The notes: a model not told the origin generated them from the sequence alone. Numbered from the stretch's first letter, positions 1 through 13,563 are shown. The stretch is 64,000 bases of DNA from an uncultured bacterium (GCA_963727525.1 CAVSGO010000007.1:416001-480000); one strand, 5' to 3'. Made by a program: numbers and translations.

Positions 1-1
1 T

Positions 2-2962
<2,961 letters not shown>

Positions 2963-3060
2963 CTGCCCGCCAATTCCCCTTGCGGAACCAGGACCTTATC
3001 GGTAGTCTCTTTGCTCACCCTATCCGCGCCGGTAGGCGCTCCAGGCAAGGAGTTATCGAT

Positions 3061-3930
3061 ATGCGCAGGCTGACATTATGCGTCCTCTTGCTGGCCGGTC
3101 TGGCTGGCTGCAGCGGCTCCACGAAATCGACCCCCACCCTCAAATTCACCGCGATCCCCGATCAGAACAGCACCGAGTTGCAGGAGAAGTTCGCGCCGCT
3201 AGCCGCCTACCTGGCGCAGACGCTCGGTGTGAAGGTGGAATACGTCCCGGCGCGCGATTACCAGGCCTGTGTCGAGATGTTCCGCAATGGCGACGTCCAG
3301 CTTGCCTGGTTCGGTGGGCTCACCGGCGTGCAGGCGCGCCATTTCGTGCCCGGGGCCACGGCCATCGCTCAGGGCGCCGTCGATCCGACCTACTATTCCT
3401 ACTTCATCGCCAATGCGAGCACGGGACTCGAACGCGGCCCCGACTTTCCGATGGCATTCAAGGATCTCGCTTTCACTTTTGGCTCCGAGAGCTCGACCAG
3501 CGGTCGCCTCATGCCCGAGTACTTCATTCACGAGGCCACCGGCAAGTCGCCCGCCGAGTTCTTCACGCAGCCCTTCGGCTTCTCCGGCAGCCACGACAAG
3601 ACCTGCGAACTCGTGGCCTCGGGCCGTTACCAGGCTGGCGTCGTGAACTACAAGGTCTACGACAAGCGGGTCGCCGCGGGCACCACGGACTCCAGCGCCG
3701 TCAAGGTCATCTGGAAGACGCCCACCTTCGCCGACTACAACTTCACGGCGCACCCGGCGCTCGAGACCATGTTCGGCAAGGGCTTCACCAAGCGGCTCCA
3801 GGATGCTCTCATCGCGATCGATGACCCCACCCTGCTGGCGGCCCTGCCCCGGCAGAAGCTCGTTCCCGCGCATAACGAGGAATTCGCCGGCATCGAGCAG
3901 GTGGCTCGTGATCTCGACATGCTTCGCTGA
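3061..3930 (+). CDS. PhnD-family ABC substrate-binding lipoprotein (resembles the 'putative selenate ABC transporter' subfamily)
   Basis: AAGGAG RBS before ATG 3061; lipobox LAGC; 'FTAIPDQ', 'AWFGGLTGVQAR', 'SSTSGRLMP', 'GSHD' motifs. Confidence 0.85.
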   Translation: MRRLTLCVLLLAGLAGCSGSTKSTPTLKFTAIPDQNSTELQEKFAPLAAYLAQTLGVKVEYVPARDYQACVEMFRNGDVQLAWFGGLTGVQARHFVPGATAIAQGAVDPTYYSYFIANASTGLERGPDFPMAFKDLAFTFGSESSTSGRLMPEYFIHEATGKSPAEFFTQPFGFSGSHDKTCELVASGRYQAGVVNYKVYDKRVAAGTTDSSAVKVIWKTPTFADYNFTAHPALETMFGKGFTKRLQDALIAIDDPTLLAALPRQKLVPAHNEEFAGIEQVARDLDMLR

Positions 3931-3934
3931 CGAG

Positions 3935-4705
3935 GTGGCGGGCGGCTTCTCCTTGGCTGCGGTGACCGTGCGCTTCGGTACGGTCACCGCCCTGCACGCC
4001 GTCGACCTGACGCTGGCACCGGGCGAACTGGTGGGCCTGGTCGGTCCCAGCGGTGCCGGCAAGACCACGTTGCTACGCTTGCTCAACGGCAGCGCCCGGG
4101 CGGCCAGTGGGCAGGTGGTTGCGGGAGGACGCGATCTCGCGTCGATGTCCCCGCGCGAATTGCGGCGAATGCGGGCCGCCATCGGTGTCGTGCACCAGGA
4201 CCTGCGCCTCGTGCCGAATCTGCGTGTGAGTCAGAACGTCCAGGCCGGCGGCTTCGGCCGCCAGAGTCTCCTGGAGTCGGCGCGGGCGATGTGGTTTCCG
4301 CGACGCGCCGACGTCGAGCGCGCGCACGCCCTGCTTGAACGTGTCGGCGTGGCGGACAAGCTCTTTCACCGCGTCGATCATCTGTCGGGTGGCCAGCAGC
4401 AGCGGGTTGCCCTGGCTCGCGCCCTCTACCAGCAGCCACAGGCGCTCCTGGCCGATGAACCGGTGGCCAGCGTCGATCCGACGCGAGCCAGGGATCTCGT
4501 GGCTCTCCTGACCGACGTGTGCCGTGAGCGCGGTCTGACCCTCGTCATGAGCCTGCACAATCTCGATCTGGCGCGGGAGTTCTTTCCCCGTCTGGTTGGA
4601 CTGCGCGCGGGGCGTGTCGTGCTCGATGGCCCCCCGGATCGCCTCGATGACGCGAGCTTCCGTGCGCTCTACGAGCTGCCGCCGGCGCGGGCGGTGGGTC
4701 CGTGA
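3935..4705 (+). CDS. PhnC-like ABC transporter ATP-binding protein
   Basis: Walker A GPSGAGKT, signature LSGGQQQRVALARAL, 'LLADEPVASVDP'; start placed at GTG 3935 (uncertain). Confidence 0.88.
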   Translation: MAGGFSLAAVTVRFGTVTALHAVDLTLAPGELVGLVGPSGAGKTTLLRLLNGSARAASGQVVAGGRDLASMSPRELRRMRAAIGVVHQDLRLVPNLRVSQNVQAGGFGRQSLLESARAMWFPRRADVERAHALLERVGVADKLFHRVDHLSGGQQQRVALARALYQQPQALLADEPVASVDPTRARDLVALLTDVCRERGLTLVMSLHNLDLAREFFPRLVGLRAGRVVLDGPPDRLDDASFRALYELPPARAVGP

Positions 4706-5616
4706 CGGTGCTCGAGAGGCGGCCGCCCTGGCGCGGCTCCGGCCTTCATGTCGGTCCCTATGCCACCCGCTTGCTCGTGGTCGGGGCGCTCCTGGCCGCC
4801 GGCTTGTGGGCCGTCGTCACGTTGCGTGTGGGGTGGACCGCCATCTGGCCCGGACCGGGCGGCTGGCGCCTCGCGCACGCCTTCTTCGGGCGTATCGTCC
4901 ATCCGGCGCTCACCTATCAGGGCGCCGATGTACCCATCAGCGCACCGCCGATCCTCCTGCAAGCCGCCCGGGCGGCGTGGCTCACCGTGGTCTTCGCAGC
5001 GGCATCGATGGTTCCCGGCGTGCTGCTGGGACTTGTCCTCGGTTTCGGCGGCGCCAGCGCCTGGTGGGCGACCGACCGCGAACGCGGCGCGCGCGAGGGA
5101 CGTCGGCGCCTGCAGGTCGCCGCGATCGTCGGTCCCGCCATCTCGGGCGCCTGCCGGTTGGTGGCGGTGATCATGCGTTCCGTGCATGAACTCCTGTGGG
5201 CGGTGCTCTTTCTCGCGGCATTCGGGATCACGCCGCTGTCGGCGCTGCTGGCTCTGGCCCTGCCCTACGCCGGCACGCTCGCCAAGGTCTTCGCCGAGCT
5301 GATCGACGAGGCTCCACGCGACGCCGCGGGCGCCCTGCGCGAGGCAGGCGCGTCGCCGGTGCAGGTGTTCTGCTTCGGGCTGCTCCCGCGGGCCTTGCCC
5401 GACATGATCGCATACACCCTCTACCGTTTCGAGTGCGCCCTGCGTTCGTCCGCTGTGCTCGGGTTCTTCGGATTCCCGACTCTCGGGTACTTCATCGCCG
5501 CGTCTTTCGAGAACCTGTACTTCGGCGAGGTGTGGACCTACCTCGACACCTTGATCGTGCTGGTCGTGCTGGTCGACTGGTGGAGCGGCGCGATCCGGCG
5601 GAGGCTGGTGACATGA
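4702..5616 (+). CDS. PhnE/PtxC-like ABC permease 1
   Basis: 'RSVHELLWAVLF', EAA-like 'ALREAGAS', 'YTLYRFECALRSSAVLG'; GTGA overlap with the upstream gene. Confidence 0.87.
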   Translation: MTVLERRPPWRGSGLHVGPYATRLLVVGALLAAGLWAVVTLRVGWTAIWPGPGGWRLAHAFFGRIVHPALTYQGADVPISAPPILLQAARAAWLTVVFAAASMVPGVLLGLVLGFGGASAWWATDRERGAREGRRRLQVAAIVGPAISGACRLVAVIMRSVHELLWAVLFLAAFGITPLSALLALALPYAGTLAKVFAELIDEAPRDAAGALREAGASPVQVFCFGLLPRALPDMIAYTLYRFECALRSSAVLGFFGFPTLGYFIAASFENLYFGEVWTYLDTLIVLVVLVDWWSGAIRRRLVT

Positions 5617-6527
5617 GCGAGCGCCGACAGGAGATCGCGCGCTTGCGACGGGAGCGGCCGCGCAGTCCGTTCCTGCGGACGTCCGCGGCCTTCGTCGGCG
5701 TGCTCGCACTGACCGCGTGGGCGAGCGGCGGGTTCTTCTCGGGCGAGACCTGGTCCGCGCGGCGCGCGGGCAATCTCAAGAGGTTCCTCGGCGAGATCGT
5801 ACCCTGGCCGCTGCAGGGGCAACCATGGGACTGGTCCACGGCTGCGCACTGGGCGCACGGACTCTGGACCGACCACTACCATGCCGCCGCCCGCGCCACC
5901 CTGGCGATCAGTATCATGGCCATCATCCTCGCTGCGGTCATGGCGGCCGCGACGGCGCTCCTGGCAGCGCGCAACGTGACGCGGCCCGATCCATTCCTGC
6001 CGTCACCGCGCACGGTGCGACCGGCGACGCGGCGCGCGACGGGGGCCGTGGTCTGGACGGTGCGCGCCGTCTACATCTGGCTACGTGCCATTCCCGAGTA
6101 CGTCTGGGCATTTCTTCTGCTGGCCCTCTACGGGCCGCGGGCCTGGCCGCTCGTGCTGGCGCTCGCACTGCACAACACGGGCATCCTCGGCAAGCTCACG
6201 GCCGATGTCGTCGAGAATCTCGAGCAGCCCACGCTCGCCGCTCTGCGCGGCCTCGGCGCGAGCCGCGCGCAGATCGCCCTGGCGGGGATCTTCCCGCTGG
6301 CGGTCAACCGCGTCCTGCTCTACGTCTTCTATCGCTGGGAGACATGCGTGCGCGAGGCGACGGTGCTGGGGATGCTCGGCATGGTGTCGCTGGGATACTG
6401 GATCCAGGACGCGCGAGCACGCAACCGCTACGATGAGATGGTGCTCGGGATCATCATCGGCGCGGTGATGGTCGTGGTCGGCGACCTCGTCTCGGCGGGG
6501 GCACGTTGGTTCGTCCGCCGGGCTTGA
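5613..6527 (+). CDS. PhnE/PtxC-like ABC permease 2
   Basis: ATGA overlap at 5613-5616; 'LRAIPEYVWA', 'YRWETCVREATVLG'. Confidence 0.87.
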   Translation: MSERRQEIARLRRERPRSPFLRTSAAFVGVLALTAWASGGFFSGETWSARRAGNLKRFLGEIVPWPLQGQPWDWSTAAHWAHGLWTDHYHAAARATLAISIMAIILAAVMAAATALLAARNVTRPDPFLPSPRTVRPATRRATGAVVWTVRAVYIWLRAIPEYVWAFLLLALYGPRAWPLVLALALHNTGILGKLTADVVENLEQPTLAALRGLGASRAQIALAGIFPLAVNRVLLYVFYRWETCVREATVLGMLGMVSLGYWIQDARARNRYDEMVLGIIIGAVMVVVGDLVSAGARWFVRRA

Positions 6528-6577
6528 CCACCGTCGCGCATCCGGGGCGGCGAGTGGTTCATGGCGGTGATATCCTC

Positions 6578-7951
6578 ATGACGGTGACGATCGACGCGGG
6601 TCGCGTACGGCGACTGGCAGAGGGGCCGCCCGGTGCCGGGCCGGTGCTCTACTGGATGCAGCGCGATCAGCGCGCCCACGACAACTGGGCTCTGTTGCAC
6701 GCCCAGCAACTCGCGCTCGCTCGGAATCGTCCACTCGTCGTGGTGTTTTGCCTCGCGACGGGCGTCCAGGGCGCGCCGCGGCGGCACTATCGCTTCATGC
6801 TCGAAGGCCTGCGCGAGACGGCTGCCGACCTCGCCGCACACGGCATCGGCTTCGTGTTGCGTCGGGGGCTGCCGGGGCAGGAGATCCCGGCGTGCGTGAC
6901 GGCCCTGGACGGTGCGGCGCTCGTCATCGACGTCAATCCGCTGCGAATACCTCGCCGCTGGCGCGCGGACGTGCTCGCGAAGGTGGCGACGCCGGTGGAC
7001 GAGGTCGACGCGCACAACGTCGTGCCATTGTGGCAGGCCAGCGGCAAGCAGGAGTACGCGGCGCGCACGATGCGACCGAAGGTGACCCGCCTGCTACCGC
7101 GCTATCTCGTGGAGATCCCACCCCTGCATCCCCATCCTCACGCCTGGTCGCAGGCGTCGGACAAGGTCGATGTGGCTGGGCTGCTCGGCGACCTGCGTCC
7201 TGCCGACCACGGTCCTTCGGTCACCTGGATCGTGCCAGGGGCGCGGGCGGCTGCGCAGGCTCTCGACCGGTTCGTGCAAGAGCGACTGGTGCACTACGAC
7301 GCTGGCCGCAACGACCCGACGGTGGACCTGCAGTCGGATCTGTCGCCGTACTTCCACTTCGGCCAGCTCGCACCCCAGCGCGCCGCGCTGGCGGCCGCCC
7401 GCCATGCGCAGGACGACGCATCCCGCGACGCGTACCTCGAGGAGCTGATCGTGCGGCGCGAGCTGTCGGACAACTTCTGCCACTACAATCCCGACTACGA
7501 TGACTTCGGGGGCTTCCCCGACTGGGCGCAGCGGACGCTCAGCGCGCACGCAGATGATCCGCGCGAGTACGTCTACGGCCGCGAGACCTTCGAGGCGGCA
7601 GCCACCCATGATCCCCTGTGGAACGCGGCGCAACAGGAGATGGTGGTGCGCGGCAAGATGCACGGCTACCTGCGCATGTACTGGGCGAAGCAGATCCTGG
7701 CCTGGAGCCGCGATCCGGCCGAGGCCCTGGCCACGGCGATCGCCCTGAACGACCGCTACGAGCTGGATGGTCGCGACCCCAACGGTTACGTGGGCTGTGC
7801 CTGGAGCGTGGGCGGCGTGCACGATCGTCCCTGGATAGAGCGCCCTGTCTTCGGGACGATCCGCTGTATGACCCGGACGGGTTGCCAGCGCAAGTTCCGG
7901 GTCGACCGCTACATCGACCAAGTGGCGCGTCTCGTGCGGGAGAGCGCCTGA
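6578..7951 (+). CDS. phr: Class II CPD deoxyribodipyrimidine photolyase
   Basis: 'VLYWMQRDQRAHDNWAL', 'EELIVRRELSDNFC', 'KMHGYLRMYWAK', 'DGRDPNGY..CAWS.GGVHDR' are class II photolyase motifs. Confidence 0.92.
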   Translation: MTVTIDAGRVRRLAEGPPGAGPVLYWMQRDQRAHDNWALLHAQQLALARNRPLVVVFCLATGVQGAPRRHYRFMLEGLRETAADLAAHGIGFVLRRGLPGQEIPACVTALDGAALVIDVNPLRIPRRWRADVLAKVATPVDEVDAHNVVPLWQASGKQEYAARTMRPKVTRLLPRYLVEIPPLHPHPHAWSQASDKVDVAGLLGDLRPADHGPSVTWIVPGARAAAQALDRFVQERLVHYDAGRNDPTVDLQSDLSPYFHFGQLAPQRAALAAARHAQDDASRDAYLEELIVRRELSDNFCHYNPDYDDFGGFPDWAQRTLSAHADDPREYVYGRETFEAAATHDPLWNAAQQEMVVRGKMHGYLRMYWAKQILAWSRDPAEALATAIALNDRYELDGRDPNGYVGCAWSVGGVHDRPWIERPVFGTIRCMTRTGCQRKFRVDRYIDQVARLVRESA

Positions 7952-8098
7952 TGCGCATCCACACTCTGCGGCGCACGCAGACCGTGGTCGCCGAATCCGG
8001 GTCAGCGGCGTGCCGATGCACTGGCGCACGTTGATCACCATAACCGGGTCATCGCCGAGCGATTCGGGGCGCTGTCGGCGGAGGGGAAGTCACCATGA
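7951..8098 (+). pseudogene. Probable internally deleted gene remnant (SRPBCC-like termini)
   Basis: ATG 7951 overlaps the phr stop and reads MRIHTLRRTQTV; a different frame reads DHHNRVIAERFG...* and ends in an ATGA overlap with the next gene. Confidence 0.5.
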
Positions 8099-9093
8099 CG
8101 AACGCGCGGACCAAGCCCGATGACGACGACATGACGCGAGCCGCCGCCACACCCATCCGGGTAGGCGTGAGCACCTGCCTGCTCGGCGAGGAGGTGCGCT
8201 GGGACGGCGGGCACAAGCGCGACCACTACGTTCGCGACATTCTCGGGCGATACTTCAGCTTCTATCCTGTCTGTCCCGAGGTGGAGGTGGGCATGGGCAC
8301 GCCGCGCGAGCCCATCCACCTGGTGGACGACATCGCCGCGCCCCGTCTCGTGGGCACGCGCAGCGGCGAGGACTGGACGCAGCGCATGCAGGTGTACAGC
8401 CGGAAACGCGTCGCCGAGATCGCGGCGGCCGGGCTCAGCGGCTACATCCTCAAGCGCGCCTCGCCGAGTTGCGGGATGGAGCGGGTCAAGGTAAAATCGG
8501 GGCACGGTATGCCGCGGAAGGCGGGGCGCGGGCTCTTCGCCGCCGAGCTCTTGCGGCGGCTGCCCCTGCTGCCGATGGAGGAGGAGGGGCGGCTGAACGA
8601 CGCCGGTCTGCGCGAGAATTTCATCGTGCGCGTCTTCGCCTACCATCGCGTCCAAGGCGTGTTCACGGGGCGCTTCCGGCGCGGCGACGTGGTGGCATTC
8701 CATACCCGCGAGAAATTCCTGCTGATGGCGCATAGCCCGCGTCACTTCCGGGAGCTGGGCAAGCTGGTCGCGAGGATCAAGGACGTGCCGCCGGCGACGT
8801 TCCGCGAACAGTACCTCGCGCTCTACATGCAGACGCTGGCAGTGCACAGTACCACGCGCAAGAACGTGGACGTGCTGCAGCACGTGCTCGGCTATCTCAA
8901 GCAGGACCTTCCGGCAGCCCAGAAGCAGGATATCCTCGCCGAGATCGAGAAGTACAGGCGCCAGGAGGTGCCGCTGATCGTGCCGCTGACGTTGTTGGGG
9001 CACTACCTCAAGATGCACGACGTGACGTATCTGCTGGAGCAGGCGTACCTGCAGCCGGCGCCAGCCGAGCTGGCACTGCGCAATCACGTCTGA
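8095..9093 (+). CDS. DUF523-DUF1722 fusion (YbgA/RudS-like thiouridine desulfidase family)
   Basis: 'VGVSTCLLGEEVRWDGGHK', 'VCPEVEVGMGTPRE', 'SPSCG', 'EEEGRLND..LRENF', and C-terminal 'ELALRNHV'. Start is 8095 or 8131. Confidence 0.9.
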   Translation: MTNARTKPDDDDMTRAAATPIRVGVSTCLLGEEVRWDGGHKRDHYVRDILGRYFSFYPVCPEVEVGMGTPREPIHLVDDIAAPRLVGTRSGEDWTQRMQVYSRKRVAEIAAAGLSGYILKRASPSCGMERVKVKSGHGMPRKAGRGLFAAELLRRLPLLPMEEEGRLNDAGLRENFIVRVFAYHRVQGVFTGRFRRGDVVAFHTREKFLLMAHSPRHFRELGKLVARIKDVPPATFREQYLALYMQTLAVHSTTRKNVDVLQHVLGYLKQDLPAAQKQDILAEIEKYRRQEVPLIVPLTLLGHYLKMHDVTYLLEQAYLQPAPAELALRNHV

Positions 9094-9097
9094 GCGG

Positions 9098-9910
9098 TTA
9101 CTTCCAGAATTCCTCGACGAAGATCTGACCCGGATCCTTCCGGCTGTGCGTCTTGAAGCCGCGTTCGCCGAGGCGCTCCTGCATGGCCTCGATCATCAGC
9201 GGGTTGCCGCACAGAAAGACCGACGTGCGTGTGGGGTCGAGCGGGTGGCCGAGGGCCGTCTCCACGTCGCCGTTGTCGAAGTAATGGGTCACGAATCCCG
9301 TCGGTCCGTGCCAGCCGGGATCGCGGTCGAGCCAGTCGATGATCGGCAGGTAGTGCAGGTTCGGATAGCGGGAAGAAAGCCCCTCGAGCTCGGCCCGGTA
9401 GCCGAGGTCGAAGCCCACGCGCGCGCCATGCACCACGACGGTATGGCTTGCCCTGTCGAACTGATACCGCGACCGGAGCATGCTCACGTAGGGCGCCAGA
9501 CCCGTGCCGGTGGCGACCATCACGATGTCGTGGTCGGGCTCGACCTCGTCCAGCGTGAACATCCCGACCACGCGTCGCGCCAGCCAGATCCGGTCGCCCG
9601 CCTGCAGGGCGAAAAGCCGGGGCGTGAGCGCGCCGGTGCGCACGAGCGCGACGTAGAACTCGAAGAACCGCCCCTGCAGGCTCGATGACGCGATCGAGTA
9701 GGCGCGCTTGATGACCTTGTCGGGATCGGTGGGCGGATTCTCCGGCTCGGCCAGGGTGGATCGGGGTGCCGAGCCTGGCAGGCCGAGGACGGTGTACTGC
9801 CCGGCCTTGAACGGCTCCATGGGGGCATCCGGCACGACCTGTAGCACGAGCAGGCCGTGGTTGATCTCGTAGCGCATCGACACGGTGGCGTTCAATTCCG
9901 TCGCGGCCAT
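9098..9910 (-). CDS. fpr: Ferredoxin/flavodoxin-NADP+ reductase
   Basis: RAYSIASS (FAD), MVATGTGLAPY (NADP), FLCGNP, C-terminal EEFW. Confidence 0.9.
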   Translation of the reverse strand: MAATELNATVSMRYEINHGLLVLQVVPDAPMEPFKAGQYTVLGLPGSAPRSTLAEPENPPTDPDKVIKRAYSIASSSLQGRFFEFYVALVRTGALTPRLFALQAGDRIWLARRVVGMFTLDEVEPDHDIVMVATGTGLAPYVSMLRSRYQFDRASHTVVVHGARVGFDLGYRAELEGLSSRYPNLHYLPIIDWLDRDPGWHGPTGFVTHYFDNGDVETALGHPLDPTRTSVFLCGNPLMIEAMQERLGERGFKTHSRKDPGQIFVEEFWK

Positions 9911-10034
9911 GTCGCCTCCCGATCCCGTCGCGTCGCGGTTCCGTGCAAACCCTTATGGGCCACAACGATAATACTTGCAAGCCTGATCTCAAGGACGGGG
10001 TCGACGCGAGATCGCGAGCGGGGATTTGAAACAG

Positions 10035-10086
10035 TACCGAAAAACTCGATATTATTAATTGACTTCTATGGTCATCTTTTTACATT
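10035..10086 (+). promoter_or_regulatory. Sigma70-like promoter of the sod-suf operon with overlapping Rrf2/IscR-like operator(s)
   Basis: TTGACT (10059-64)-N16-TACATT (10081-86) in an AT-rich patch; imperfect dyad TTGACTTCTATGGTCAT overlaps the -35, with a weaker TACC-N5-ACTC site 26 bp upstream. Confidence 0.55.
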
Positions 10087-10150
10087 GTGGGCGAAAAGGG
10101 GTGGCGAAAGCCCCCGACACGGGAGTTTCAAATACTTGGAGGATATAGAC

Positions 10151-10759
10151 ATGGCTCACGAACTGCCGGCTCTGCCCTACGAATACGAGGCGCTCGAACC
10201 GCATATCGACGCTCAGACCATGCGTCTGCACCATGACATCCACCACAAGGGCTATGTCACGGGTCTGAACAAGGCAGAGGAGATGCTCGCGCAGGCGCGC
10301 CGCGACGGCGACATGAGCCTGGTCAAGCACTGGGAGCGCGAGGCGGCGTTCCACGGCAGTGGCCACTTCCTGCACAGCATCTTCTGGCCCAACATGGCTC
10401 CGGCGGGCAAGGGCGGCGGTGGCGAGCCCAAGGGTGATCTCGCCAAGCGCATCGAGGCCGACTTCGGCAGCTTCGATGCCTTCAAGACGCAGTTCACCGC
10501 GGCTAGCGGCGCCGTCGAGGGCAGCGGCTGGGGCATCCTCGCCTACCGTCCGCAGGACGGTCGCCTCGTCGTGCTCACGGCCGAGAAGCACCAGAATCTC
10601 ACGCAGTGGGGCGTGATGCCGCTGCTCGTGCTCGACGTATGGGAGCACGCATACTACCTGAAGTACCAGAACAAGCGCGGCGACTACGTGAAGAACTTCT
10701 TCGAGATCATCAACTGGAATGACGTGGGCGAGCGCTATACGTCCGCGCGGAAGTCGTAA
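10151..10759 (+). CDS. sod: Fe/Mn superoxide dismutase
   Basis: GGAGG RBS; '[16 protein letters not shown]', '[10 protein letters not shown]', 'GHFLHSIFW', '[10 protein letters not shown]'. Confidence 0.96.
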   Translation: MAHELPALPYEYEALEPHIDAQTMRLHHDIHHKGYVTGLNKAEEMLAQARRDGDMSLVKHWEREAAFHGSGHFLHSIFWPNMAPAGKGGGGEPKGDLAKRIEADFGSFDAFKTQFTAASGAVEGSGWGILAYRPQDGRLVVLTAEKHQNLTQWGVMPLLVLDVWEHAYYLKYQNKRGDYVKNFFEIINWNDVGERYTSARKS

Positions 10760-10813
10760 TTATCACGTCCGGCGGCGCTCCGGCTGGTGCCGTCGGCGAG
10801 AGCGGAGGATCCG

Positions 10814-11353
10814 ATGCTCAGGATCAACAAGGCAGAAGAGCAGGCTGTCCGGCTCGTCATGCGACTGGCAGCCCACGGGGACCAGCTGACGCTCGCCGAT
10901 CTCGCGGCCCAGGAGCATTTGCCCGAGCCGACGGTGGCCAAGCTCCTCGGCCAGCTCCGGCGCGGCGGCGTGGTGGATGCGATTCGCGGTCGCAACGGCG
11001 GTTACGTCCTGGCTGTGGGGCCGGCCGAGATCTCGGCGGCCCAAGTGCTGCGCGCACTCGGGGGCGATCCCGCGCCCGAGCACGCCTGCGACAACGAGAC
11101 CAGCGATGGTACCGCCTGCCCACGGATCGACGACTGTGGCCTGCGCGCCGTGTGGCGGCATTTGCAGGAGCGCGTCACCGACCTGCTCGAACGCACGAGC
11201 ATCGCCGACCTGCTGCAGGTCGAGCGCCAGGTCGGCGGACAGCTCCAGCAGATCTGGCCTGCCGATGCCTCCAGCCTCGACGACGACACCTCCCGGACGC
11301 CGGCCGACCTCGGTCCGGACTACCCAGGGCAGACCATCAGCGAAGGAGCCTGA
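10814..11353 (+). CDS. Rrf2-family transcriptional regulator of the SUF operon
   Basis: GGAGG RBS; wHTH with '[10 protein letters not shown]'; three C-terminal Cys; directly upstream of sufC. Confidence 0.9.
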   Translation: MLRINKAEEQAVRLVMRLAAHGDQLTLADLAAQEHLPEPTVAKLLGQLRRGGVVDAIRGRNGGYVLAVGPAEISAAQVLRALGGDPAPEHACDNETSDGTACPRIDDCGLRAVWRHLQERVTDLLERTSIADLLQVERQVGGQLQQIWPADASSLDDDTSRTPADLGPDYPGQTISEGA

Positions 11354-11358
11354 CCACG

Positions 11359-12126
11359 ATGAGCGACCGCACCCCGCTATTCGCCTGCCACGGCCTGCAC
11401 GTCTACGTCGAGGACAAGGAGATCGTCAATGGTGTCGATCTCGAGATCCACGCGGGCGAGAAGCACGCGTTGATGGGCCCCAATGGTTCGGGCAAGTCGA
11501 CGCTCGCGGCGGCCCTCATGGGCCATCCGTCCTACCGCGTCGAGGGCGAGATCCTCATCGACGGCAAGGACGTGAGCGAGGCCGCGGCCGACGAGCGCGC
11601 GCGCCTCGGCATGTTTCTCGGCTTCCAGTATCCGGTGGCCGTGCCCGGCGTGAGCGTGGCGAACTTCCTGCGCGCCGCGGTGTCGGCGCGGCAGGGTAAG
11701 GAGGTACCGGTGCGCGAGTTCCGCCAGCAGATGCAGGCGGCGTTCTCGGCTCTGGACGTCCCGAAGGAGTTCGCCGGCCGCTATCTCAACGACGGCTTCA
11801 GCGGCGGCGAGAAGAAGCGTCTGGAGATCATGCAGATGCTCATGCTGGCGCCGCGCTTCGCGCTGCTCGACGAGACGGACAGTGGTCTGGACATCGACGC
11901 CCTCAAGATCGTGTCCGAGGGCGTGAACCGCGCGTCGACCCCGGACAACGCGATTCTTCTGGTGACGCACTATCAGCGCATCCTCGACTACGTGAAGCCC
12001 GATGTCGTCCACGTGTTCATGCACGGCAACATCGTGCGCACGGGCGGGCCGGACCTGGCGCGCGAGCTCGAAGCGCGAGGTTACGACTGGCTGGAAACGG
12101 ACCTTGCCCCGGCTAACAAGGGTTAG
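11359..12126 (+). CDS. sufC: Fe-S assembly ATPase SufC
   Basis: [10 protein letters not shown], '[10 protein letters not shown]', '[11 protein letters not shown]', '[13 protein letters not shown]'. Confidence 0.96.
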   Translation: MSDRTPLFACHGLHVYVEDKEIVNGVDLEIHAGEKHALMGPNGSGKSTLAAALMGHPSYRVEGEILIDGKDVSEAAADERARLGMFLGFQYPVAVPGVSVANFLRAAVSARQGKEVPVREFRQQMQAAFSALDVPKEFAGRYLNDGFSGGEKKRLEIMQMLMLAPRFALLDETDSGLDIDALKIVSEGVNRASTPDNAILLVTHYQRILDYVKPDVVHVFMHGNIVRTGGPDLARELEARGYDWLETDLAPANKG

Positions 12127-12147
12127 ATCCGGGTGAAAGGATAGATC

Positions 12148-13563
12148 ATGGCGACCGAACGCATCGCGGACCTCAATCTCGACTATCGCGAGAAGTACGG
12201 GTTCTCGGACCCGGAGGAATTTCTCCAGAGGACGCCCAAGGGCCTCTCGCACGAGACCGTCGAGGCCATCTCGCGCTTCAAGAGCGAACCCGACTGGATG
12301 CGCGAGTTCCGCCACGCGGCACTCGATGTCTTCCTGAGCAAGCCCATGCCGCGCTGGGGCGATTCGGCGATGTTGGATGCGATCGATTTCGCCGACATCT
12401 ACTACTATCTGCGACCCACGGCCGGCGGTGTGAGCGACTGGGACGAGGTGCCCGAGAACATCAAGAAGACTTTCGATCGCCTCGGCATCCCGGAGGCCGA
12501 GCGCAAGTTCCTGGCCGGTGTCACCGCGCAGTACGAGAGCGAGGTCGTCTACCACTCGATCCACGAGGAGCTCACCAAGAAAGGTGTGCTCTTCACCGAT
12601 ATGGATACCGCGCTGCGTGAGCACGAGGACATCGTCAAGAAGTACTTCGCCACGATCATCCCGGCCGAGGACAACAAGTTCGCAGCGCTCAACAGCGCCG
12701 TGTGGTCGGGCGGCTCCTTCATCTACGTGCCGAAGAATACCAAGGTGGAGATACCACTGCAGGCCTACTTCCGTATCAACTCCAAGAACATGGGGCAGTT
12801 CGAGCGCACGCTCATCGTGGTCGACGAGGGCGCCTCGGTCCATTACATCGAGGGTTGCACGGCGCCGATGTACACGACGAACAGTCTGCACTCGGCGGTG
12901 GTGGAACTCATCGCCTTGCCCGGCGCGCACATTCGCTACACCACGATCCAGAACTGGTCGAACAACGTCTACAACCTGGTGACCAAGCGGGCGTACGCGC
13001 ATGCCGACTCCGTGGTGGAATGGGTCGACGGCAACATTGGCTCCAAGCTCACCATGAAGTACCCGGCGGTCTATCTGATGGGCGAACGCGCCCACGGCGA
13101 GGTGCTGTCGATCGCCTACGCCGGCGATAATCAGCACCAGGACGCCGGTGCCAAGATGATCCATGCGGCCCCCAACACGAGCAGCCGCATCATCAGCAAG
13201 TCGATCTCCAAGGGCACGGGGCGCAGCTCCTATCGCGGCATGGTCAAGGTGGCCAAGGGCTGCCACGGGTGCCGCACCAGCGTGGAGTGCGACGCCCTGC
13301 TCATCGGGGCGCAGTCGCGTACGGATACCTATCCCACGATGGAGATCGAGGAGGACGACGTGCGCGTTGAGCACGAGGCGCGCGTGTCCAAGCTCGCCGA
13401 CGAGCAGCTCTTCTATCTGCAGAGTCGCGGTCTGACCGCCGACAAGGCGCGCCTGATGATCGTCAACGGTTTCATCGAGCCGTTCGTACGCGAGTTACCC
13501 ATGGAGTATGCAGTCGAGCTGAACCGGCTGATCGAACTGGAAATGGAGGGGTCCGTTGGTTGA
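12148..13563 (+). CDS. sufB: Fe-S assembly protein SufB
   Basis: '[14 protein letters not shown]', 'GQFERTLI', 'YIEGCTAP', '[23 protein letters not shown]'. Confidence 0.97.
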   Translation: MATERIADLNLDYREKYGFSDPEEFLQRTPKGLSHETVEAISRFKSEPDWMREFRHAALDVFLSKPMPRWGDSAMLDAIDFADIYYYLRPTAGGVSDWDEVPENIKKTFDRLGIPEAERKFLAGVTAQYESEVVYHSIHEELTKKGVLFTDMDTALREHEDIVKKYFATIIPAEDNKFAALNSAVWSGGSFIYVPKNTKVEIPLQAYFRINSKNMGQFERTLIVVDEGASVHYIEGCTAPMYTTNSLHSAVVELIALPGAHIRYTTIQNWSNNVYNLVTKRAYAHADSVVEWVDGNIGSKLTMKYPAVYLMGERAHGEVLSIAYAGDNQHQDAGAKMIHAAPNTSSRIISKSISKGTGRSSYRGMVKVAKGCHGCRTSVECDALLIGAQSRTDTYPTMEIEEDDVRVEHEARVSKLADEQLFYLQSRGLTADKARLMIVNGFIEPFVRELPMEYAVELNRLIELEMEGSVG

